DNA of 64,000 nucleotides. It comes from an uncultured Candidatus Peribacteria bacterium. GTDB taxonomy: Bacteria; Patescibacteriota; Gracilibacteria; UBA1369. The stretch is taken from the NCBI GenBank assembly GCA_964494085.1, contig CAZBQJ010000003.1:3502-67501 (forward strand), given 5' to 3'. Made by a program: the position numbers and the translations under genes. Below the pieces are notes generated by a model, which saw nothing but the letters and a program-made list of their open reading frames with translations, searched no databases and had not been told where the DNA came from. Shown here one piece after another: positions 55,982 through 64,000 of this stretch. Numbering within the stretch: position 1 is the stretch's first letter; the number at the start of each line of letters is the position of its first letter.

Positions 55982-56557
55982 ATGGATTTGGAATTCATCA
56001 AAATCGCTCATGCAGAAGGCGAAACTATCGCCACGACTGAAAGTGCCTTGCCGTTAGAAGCACATGCTTCAGGAGGAATATCAATCGATCCAATGGTGAT
56101 TGTTTACAATATTCTCAATGTTGCTGTATTTCTGTTTATTCTGAAACTGATTCTCTACAAACCATTATTGGCTTTGTTGAAGGAACGCGAGGCCCATATC
56201 AAAAAAGGTGTAGAGGACGCCGATAATGCTAAAATCCTCCTTTTGGAATCCGAAGCAACTCGTGAAAAAATGTTGAAGGAGGCTCGGGCAGAAGGCCAAA
56301 CCATGGTGGAAACAGCGCGCCAAAGTGGGGAACTTGTACGTACCGAATTGGTTGCCAAAGCCCAGGGCGAAGCTCAGCAAATCATTACATCAGGTCAATT
56401 ATTGATTGAGGCAGAAAGATCCAAAGCACTTCAGGAAGTAAAAGCTCACGTTGTGGAAGTCATTCTGAAAGCATCGGAAAAGATCCTTAAGCAGAAAATC
56501 GATCCGGCTCAGGATGCTCGATTAATCAAAGATTCCATTGAATCATACGTCAACTAA
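55982..56557 (+). CDS. atpF: F0F1 ATP synthase subunit b
   Basis: One TM (ILNVAVFLFILKLIL) followed by a long charged helix. Position in the operon supports the call. Confidence 0.85.
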   Translation: MDLEFIKIAHAEGETIATTESALPLEAHASGGISIDPMVIVYNILNVAVFLFILKLILYKPLLALLKEREAHIKKGVEDADNAKILLLESEATREKMLKEARAEGQTMVETARQSGELVRTELVAKAQGEAQQIITSGQLLIEAERSKALQEVKAHVVEVILKASEKILKQKIDPAQDARLIKDSIESYVN

Positions 56558-56560
56558 ACA

Positions 56561-57103
56561 ATGAAAAAAGGAAGCCTACATCTCAAACTTGCCAAAGCTC
56601 TCTATACACTAGCGAGGAAAGAGCAGCAGTCTGCCCAATTCTTGACCGAGTTAACCACTCTTTCAGAACTTCTGACCGATCAAGCTCTTTTGGCTGCTTT
56701 GGAGAGAATGTCTCAGGCCACCCAGTCCCAGATTGCCAAAATCCTCCAGAAGGTTTTTGGTAAACAGCTTTCTACCCCTGTTCGAAACCTTTTGACCTTA
56801 TTGGTGGCGAGTCGACAAGTCGCTATTATTCCTGACCTGAAGGCCGCCTTTCAAAAAATCCATTTTGAAGCTGAAGGGATTCGTGACTTTCAGATCTGCG
56901 TCAGTCGAGACCTTTCTGAGCAGGAGAAAGACGCTTTGTCCGATTCTTTCGGTACCAATAAAAAAGTTTATTTGGCTTATACCACAGACCCCAGTCTGAT
57001 CGGCGGTATCCAGATCTACGAAAACGGGCTTCTGACTGATTATTCTGTAAAAAACCAACTCGAACATTTACGTCGCACCCTGATGGGCGAACATCTTGTC
57101 TAA
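56561..57103 (+). CDS. atpH: F0F1 ATP synthase subunit delta (OSCP)
   Basis: 180 aa. C-terminal IGGIQIYENGLLTDYSVKNQL is typical of delta. Position in the operon supports the call. Confidence 0.85.
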   Translation: MKKGSLHLKLAKALYTLARKEQQSAQFLTELTTLSELLTDQALLAALERMSQATQSQIAKILQKVFGKQLSTPVRNLLTLLVASRQVAIIPDLKAAFQKIHFEAEGIRDFQICVSRDLSEQEKDALSDSFGTNKKVYLAYTTDPSLIGGIQIYENGLLTDYSVKNQLEHLRRTLMGEHLV

Positions 57104-57122
57104 TTAATTTACTCTTCTCTCT

Positions 57123-58637
57123 ATGAAATTGGATTCTAAAAAAATTACCGGACATTTACTTGAGCAATTGGAAAGCCTCGATTTCAAGCCGGAAACAGTA
57201 GATACAGGTCGTATTGCCCAGGTTGGTGACGGAGTTGTCCAAGTAACCGGTCTCAATAATGTTAAAATGGGGGAAATGATTGAATTGCCCGGCCCAACTT
57301 ATGGAATGGCTATCAATCTGGCTCAGGACGTTGTTGGTTGTATTCTTTTCACTCAGGGCAACAATTTAAAAGAAGGGGATTTAGTTAAAAGTACTGGTAG
57401 AATTATGGAAGTCCCGGTCGGCCCAGAGTTAACCGGACGCGTCGTGAACGCCCTCGGTCAACCGATTGACGGAAAGGGTCAGATCAAGACCGATACCTTC
57501 CGACCAATCGAACATAAAGCCGAAGGGGTCATCAACCGCAAATCCGTTTCCACCCCACTCCAAACCGGTATCAAAGCTATCGACGCCATGATCCCGATCG
57601 GGCGTGGACAGCGTGAATTGATTATCGGTGACCGCCAAATCGGAAAAAGTGCTATCGCTATCGACGCCATCATCAATCAAAAAGGCGAAAATGTTCATTG
57701 TTTCTATGTTTCTATCGGACAAAAACAATCTACTGTTGCTACTGTTGCCAAAAAACTCCAGGAAGCCGGAGCCATGGAATACACAACTATTATCGTTGCC
57801 GGCGCCTCAGACCCCGCCGCCATGAACTTCGTCGCCCCTTACGCCGGTTGCGCGATGGCCGAAGCATTTATGTACGAAGGTAAAGACGCCCTAATCGTTT
57901 ACGACGATTTATCCAAACACGCTTGGGCTTACCGTGAAGTTTCACTGCTTCTTCGTCGCCCACCCGGACGTGAAGCCTATCCGGGTGACGTTTTCTATCT
58001 CCACTCCCGTCTTTTGGAAAGATCTTCTCGTTTATCGGATGCTATGGGAGGTGGATCAATTACCGCTCTTCCCATCATCGAAACTCAGGCCGGTGACGTC
58101 TCCGCCTATATTCCCACCAACGTCATTTCCATCACCGATGGCCAAATCTTCCTGGAAGGTGAAATGTTCTACGCCGGTAAACGTCCAGCGGTTAATGCCG
58201 GTATTTCCGTCTCCCGCGTAGGTGGATCCGCTCAAATCCCCGTGATGAAAAAAGTGGCCGGTAACCTCCGTCTCAGTTTGGCTAAATTCCGCGAACTGGA
58301 AGCTTTTGCTCAAATGGGATCCGATCTCGACACCCAGACCAAAGCTCAACTCGAACGTGGTCAAAGAGTGGTAGAGGTACTCAAACAGGCTCAATACAGC
58401 CCTCTCTCGGTTTCCAAACAAATTGCCATCATCTATTCTGTAAACAGTGGAGCTCTCGACAGCGTTCCGCTCGACCAGATCGCTAAATTTGAAGAAAAAC
58501 TCTATCAATTCCTCGACGAAAAACACCAGAATCTTCAGGAGAGTCTGGCCACTGCCTCCAAATTTACCCTGGAATTGGAGAAAGAATTACAAGCTGCCAT
58601 CAGCGAGTTCAAGAAAAATTTTGAAGCTTCTAAATAA
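57123..58637 (+). CDS. atpA: F0F1 ATP synthase subunit alpha
   Basis: Walker A GDRQIGKS. 504 aa with family-typical motifs throughout. Confidence 0.95.
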   Translation: MKLDSKKITGHLLEQLESLDFKPETVDTGRIAQVGDGVVQVTGLNNVKMGEMIELPGPTYGMAINLAQDVVGCILFTQGNNLKEGDLVKSTGRIMEVPVGPELTGRVVNALGQPIDGKGQIKTDTFRPIEHKAEGVINRKSVSTPLQTGIKAIDAMIPIGRGQRELIIGDRQIGKSAIAIDAIINQKGENVHCFYVSIGQKQSTVATVAKKLQEAGAMEYTTIIVAGASDPAAMNFVAPYAGCAMAEAFMYEGKDALIVYDDLSKHAWAYREVSLLLRRPPGREAYPGDVFYLHSRLLERSSRLSDAMGGGSITALPIIETQAGDVSAYIPTNVISITDGQIFLEGEMFYAGKRPAVNAGISVSRVGGSAQIPVMKKVAGNLRLSLAKFRELEAFAQMGSDLDTQTKAQLERGQRVVEVLKQAQYSPLSVSKQIAIIYSVNSGALDSVPLDQIAKFEEKLYQFLDEKHQNLQESLATASKFTLELEKELQAAISEFKKNFEASK

Positions 58638-58642
58638 AAATA

Positions 58643-60972
<2,330 letters not shown>

Positions 60973-60998
60973 ATTATTCACCCACCACCAAAAGACCA

Positions 60999-61412
60999 AT
61001 GTTGGAATTAACAGTCGTTACAGCAGAAAACACCATCTATCACGGTAAAATCGAGGCCCTGACCGCCCCTACCATTACCGGTGAAGTTGGTATTCTGACC
61101 GGTCATCGCTCGCTCATTGCCGAGCTGGATATCGGTGGACTGCGCATTACGGAAGGGGACAAAACCGAAAAGGTTATCTTTGTGGCCGGTGGTTTTCTGG
61201 AAGTTCATCATGACCGGATCTCAGTTTTGGCCGATCTGGCCGAAAATCTGGAGTCGATCGGCTTGGCTCAGGCCACCGAGGCTCGAGAAAAGGCGGAAGA
61301 GACACTGAAAAATGCCCCCAAAGCCATAGTCGCGGAAAAGCTTCAGGAAGAATTGCGCATCATGGCCATCCGAGAGAAATTAGCGCAGATTGCCGCCTAC
61401 AAAAAGAACTGA
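60999..61412 (+). CDS. atpC: F0F1 ATP synthase subunit epsilon
   Basis: 137 aa with a beta-sandwich N-domain (GEVGILTGHRSLIAEL) and a helical C-terminus. TGA stop at 61410-61412. Confidence 0.9.
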   Translation: MLELTVVTAENTIYHGKIEALTAPTITGEVGILTGHRSLIAELDIGGLRITEGDKTEKVIFVAGGFLEVHHDRISVLADLAENLESIGLAQATEAREKAEETLKNAPKAIVAEKLQEELRIMAIREKLAQIAAYKKN

Positions 61413-61413
61413 T

Positions 61414-61500
61414 TGGTGCGCGAGAGAGGACTTGAACCTCCACGACCTTGCGGCCACTACCTCCTGAAGGTAGCGCGTCTGCCAGTTTCGCCACTCGCGC
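61414..61500 (-). tRNA. tRNA-Leu (CAG), long variable arm, CCA encoded
   Basis: Hand-folded 87 nt. Acceptor GCGCGAG/CTCGCGC, anticodon arm CTACC-TTCAGGA-GGTAG, 15-nt variable arm, T arm GGAGG-TTCAAGT-CCTCT. Confidence 0.9.
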
Positions 61501-61545
61501 GAGTGCAGTCATTATAATCAAAATATCTAAAAATCAAAGCTAAAG

Positions 61546-61576
61546 AAGGGCGGCTGGTCAGCCGCCCTTAATTTTT
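61546..61576. terminator. GC-rich hairpin terminator usable on both strands
   Basis: Stem aagggcggc (61546-61554) / gccgccctt (61561-61569) with a 6-nt loop. The plus strand continues aattttt. On the minus strand a T-rich tract follows (ctttagctttgattttt). Confidence 0.7.
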
Positions 61577-61681
61577 CGCGTCAGACCCGGCAAATTTCGC
61601 TGAGTCAGATCGCATCCATCGAGCTTTGGCGAGCTGAATAGCTCAAGCCAATCTCTCTGTTTGGTGGGAACCGTCGACCCT

Positions 61682-61921
61682 CTAGTCGGAGTCGAAGTTC
61701 TTCCTGGGTTTGTGGACGGGAGGGATTCCCGGCACCAACTCGTACGGTACCAGCTTGTGGGGCGCCGGCACCTTTTCATTTGCAGTCCGCATGAAGTACA
61801 ACCTTCCGTTCACCCACCTGGCGATGCACCCGGGGTGTTTGTTTTCGGCGAGCTTCCTGAGTGTCCGCCGAGCGCTAATCCATGGACGTGCCATTTCCTG
61901 TCTTTCTCTCGATTTCACCAT
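61682..61921 (-). CDS. small basic ORF with an HTH_17/excisionase(AlpA)-like pattern in a tRNA-flanked islet
   Basis: EMARPWISARRTLRKLAEN...WVNGRLYFMR fits the helix-turn-helix plus G-x-x-Y/W-F wing pattern of Xis/AlpA-type proteins. Promoter at 61936-61963 and hairpin at 61546. Four overlapping ORFs exist here, so coding status is uncertain. Confidence 0.4.
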   Translation of the reverse strand: MVKSRERQEMARPWISARRTLRKLAENKHPGCIARWVNGRLYFMRTANEKVPAPHKLVPYELVPGIPPVHKPRKNFDSD

Positions 61922-61935
61922 GAAGTCGAGGCGAA

Positions 61936-61963
61936 ATTATAAGCTCAAAAGGTAAATTGTCAA
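61936..61963 (-). promoter_or_regulatory. near-consensus sigma70 promoter, TTGACA-16nt-TATAAT on the minus strand
   Basis: Reverse complement of 61958-61963 is TTGACA and of 61936-61941 is TATAAT. Only 14 nt separate the -10 from the ATG at 61921, so the leader would be very short. Confidence 0.55.
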
Positions 61964-62001
61964 AATAAAACAAAAATCCCTCTTTTCAGAGAGACTCTTA
62001 T

Positions 62002-62078
<77 letters not shown>

Positions 62079-62119
62079 ATTTGTAAAGGGTGCTTTGCAC
62101 TACCTCCCTGATATCTCGC

Positions 62120-62227
62120 GGTACTCGCGGAACATCACGCAGAAAGAGGCTGACGACAACGCCATAATCTTAATCGAGGAGTGCCCGACTGTAAACAGAA
62201 TTTCCTCATTAATGTTCCGCGAGTACC
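62120..62227. repeat. perfect 16-bp inverted repeat enclosing 76 nt (108-nt long hairpin or MITE-like unit)
   Basis: ggtactcgcggaacat (62120-62135) is the exact reverse complement of atgttccgcgagtacc (62212-62227). An inner pair gagga (62176-62180) / tcctc (62204-62208) is nested inside it. Confidence 0.85.
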
Positions 62228-62253
62228 AAAAAAGCCGGCCCAACGGGCCGGCT
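62228..62253 (-). terminator. rho-independent terminator of the 62272..62922 gene
   Basis: Stem agccggccc (62233-62241) / gggccggct (62245-62253) with a 3-nt loop. An A-run at 62228-62233 becomes the T-run on the minus strand. Lies 19 nt downstream of the stop. Confidence 0.8.
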
Positions 62254-62271
62254 TTCCCCAAATCCTAACTT

Positions 62272-62922
62272 CTAGTTGGAAGGCTTCTTGGTTTCCATTA
62301 GTGCTACTGTGATGTAGCTGTCATTTTTTACACAAGTCAGGGTCATGGCCAAATCTCCTTTCAGATAATTCTTGAAGACACTCTCAGAACTTTCCCCGCT
62401 AAAGGCGTCACTATCATTTTGCCAACCGGCGGCCTCCACCAGCTGCGCTTCCTGATCGCAAACCGCTTTCAAGTCGGTGCTTTTTACCGAGAAGGAAAGT
62501 GAACCCAGTTCATTTACTGTAAAGAAGCCAAAATCATACCCATTAGGTAAACTTGGTAATTCTGCCGGTACACTGGCCGGTCGCTGCTCTCCGGATTCGC
62601 TCTGGAAAGTGGCGCCACCCTTTTCATCTGTCACAGTCACGGAATTCTCATCTCCTGAAGCGTTTATCAAAGTCTTTCCGTCCTTATCCGTCATAGTCAC
62701 CTTTCCACCCTGCTCATTTCCAGTCATGTTGATCGTGCCTTCCTTGGTAGTGACAGTGATTTTACCTTTTTGTAAATCATCCATATTCACTTTGACCTCG
62801 CCATTGGTGGAAGCGTTGATTACCCCTTCCGCTACCTTTTTGGTGATTTGTTCAGTCAAATTTTGGCATCCGGCCAATATCAAAACAGTCAGAGAACCGG
62901 CGATCAGTAATTTTTTGTTCAT
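62272..62922 (-). CDS. predicted lipoprotein
   Basis: MNKKLLIAGSLTVLILAGC lipobox. The mature part is repetitive and Thr/Gly/Lys-rich (GKITVTTKEG, GGKVTMTDKDG, NSVTVTDEKG). Confidence 0.75.
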   Translation of the reverse strand: MNKKLLIAGSLTVLILAGCQNLTEQITKKVAEGVINASTNGEVKVNMDDLQKGKITVTTKEGTINMTGNEQGGKVTMTDKDGKTLINASGDENSVTVTDEKGGATFQSESGEQRPASVPAELPSLPNGYDFGFFTVNELGSLSFSVKSTDLKAVCDQEAQLVEAAGWQNDSDAFSGESSESVFKNYLKGDLAMTLTCVKNDSYITVALMETKKPSN

Positions 62923-62973
62923 GGTCTTTGTTAATTATTAAACTTGTCTTTTTATAGCAGTAATTTGACCCAT

Positions 62974-63813
62974 TCACAAGGTCAGGCTCATGTCCGCAAA
63001 TTGACGGCGTATTTCCACCAGGGTTTCCTCTACTTTCGGAAGCTTTAAGTTTTCAAAAGGTTGAATGATTTTTTCCGCTGCAAAGTCCACTAACTCTTGT
63101 TTGATTTTTTGTCCCGGGAGTCCGCCCAGAGCCTCTACCATAAACCCTAAACTGGTGGCCAAATTTTCCTCCGTGGCCCGGGCCACGGAATAATCCGGAT
63201 TGTCCAAATTGAAAAGTATTTGATGTCTAGCGACATTTTGGGTGGCCTGTCCTTTATCGAGAAAGTGCCCTAACATCACCAATCTGTCCGTTTGGTCTCT
63301 GTTATCGAAACGCTGATAGAGCGATCGCCACAGATCTGATTCTTCACCCACCAAATCGCCATTTCCCAACATCAAATGAGCGGCATAGGATTCTTTTCTC
63401 TTATGCAAGCGTCCGTGATACTGTTCAAACCTCGGATCAGAACGACAAATATCCCCCACGGCTATCTCCCCGATATCATGCAAAATCAGCATTGCCAGCA
63501 AATCTTTCCAATGCTCTGCTTTGCCTTGACATAGCGCAGCCTTCAGAGCAGGGGATTTCCGCCCTAGTTGACCGGCCCAATCTACCAATTCCAAAACATG
63601 ATCCAGATTATTCTCTTTCCAATCAGGATCCATTTTAAAAGGTGTGGTTGACCAGCGTTTCACTCCACTCAAGCCATCAACCAAAGCCTTTCTGGTCGAA
63701 GTCTTTATTTCCAGATAGGAAATTCTCGCTTCTCCATCCAATTTCTCGGCTAGAGGATCTATCCAGTTCGACATTGCTACATTTTCCGGCGAAACTCTGA
63801 AGGCTGAACTCAT
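62974..63813 (-). CDS. HD-superfamily phosphohydrolase (YfbR/HDDC2-like)
   Basis: NLDHVLELV, then LILHDIGEIAVGDI, then the downstream FLDKG. I prefer the ATG at 63813 (MSSAFRV) to the TTG at 63840. Confidence 0.65.
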   Translation of the reverse strand: MSSAFRVSPENVAMSNWIDPLAEKLDGEARISYLEIKTSTRKALVDGLSGVKRWSTTPFKMDPDWKENNLDHVLELVDWAGQLGRKSPALKAALCQGKAEHWKDLLAMLILHDIGEIAVGDICRSDPRFEQYHGRLHKRKESYAAHLMLGNGDLVGEESDLWRSLYQRFDNRDQTDRLVMLGHFLDKGQATQNVARHQILFNLDNPDYSVARATEENLATSLGFMVEALGGLPGQKIKQELVDFAAEKIIQPFENLKLPKVEETLVEIRRQFADMSLTL

Positions 63814-63933
63814 TTTGTCATCTTGTAAAGTCAAACCCAAACTACGTCCATCGAGAGATCATATCAAGCTACTGGAATTGTAAGAAACTATAAAGTATGT
63901 TAAAAAACTCTAGACATTTTCTAATCATTTAAA

Positions 63934-64000
63934 ATGAATCCATATTCTCCTTTCCACACCATCAAACAGGACAAAGCACCTGAAGAGTTGAAATTAATCG
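63934..64000 (+). CDS. 5' end of an ORF running off the window (MNPYSPFHTIKQDKAPEELKLI...)
   Basis: ATG at 63934, open to the window end. Only 22 codons are visible. Confidence 0.25.
   Translation, partial: MNPYSPFHTIKQDKAPEELKLI

Noticed and set aside
61546-61930. The islet transcript as RNase P, tmRNA or SRP RNA, given its promoter, terminator and tRNA neighbours.
   Set aside because: The minus strand has only vague look-alikes (gagagaaagacagg, acagagagattggcttgag) that cannot form a P4 helix. It has no tRNA-like 3' end and no SRP GGAA loop. I retain only the weaker possibility of an unclassified RNA.

Overview
Gene-dense 64-kb chromosomal segment with about 70 supported CDS and 6 tRNAs. 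I found no rRNA, CRISPR array, transposase or integrase. The standard genetic code applies, since TGA closes rnc and atpC. G+C is moderate to low, many genes overlap, and intergenic spacers are tiny. The gene content suggests a small-genome uncultivated bacterium, plausibly CPR/Patescibacteria (Peregrinibacteria-like); this is inference only. That content includes a membrane-fused MurF, FemAB, SLH, PKD and tail-fibre-like surface proteins, an anchored nuclease, and few biosynthetic genes. Recognisable blocks: cdaA-cdaR-ychF (c-di-AMP); hflX; an oxidative pentose-phosphate operon (gnd-zwf-pgl); GT4 and comF; a minus-strand run of ftsA-like, a 605-aa anchored protein, a PKD protein and a tail-fibre-like protein; a cell-wall operon (hydrolase-murF-degT-femAB); yceD-rpmF-nusB-rnc; mrp, nudix, pepA; trxB, peroxiredoxin, rhodanese; a long suf operon (sufCBD, Rieske, Memo-like, sufS, sufU, DUF59) continuing into an anchored thermonuclease and a NYN protein; topA; pepF; and a complete F1Fo ATP synthase operon (atpBEFHAGDC). 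The parts that known families do not explain are listed here. (1) A 0.9-kb non-coding gap with a helix-rich core beside tRNA-Phe. (2) Three small islets that look G+C-richer by eye, two of them beside tRNAs, carrying orphan ORFs with near-consensus promoters. (3) A perfect 16-bp inverted repeat enclosing 76 nt beside tRNA-CAU. (4) The ftsA-like / anchored-protein / PKD / tail-fibre-like surface cluster. All family calls come from motifs read by eye; no database search was run.
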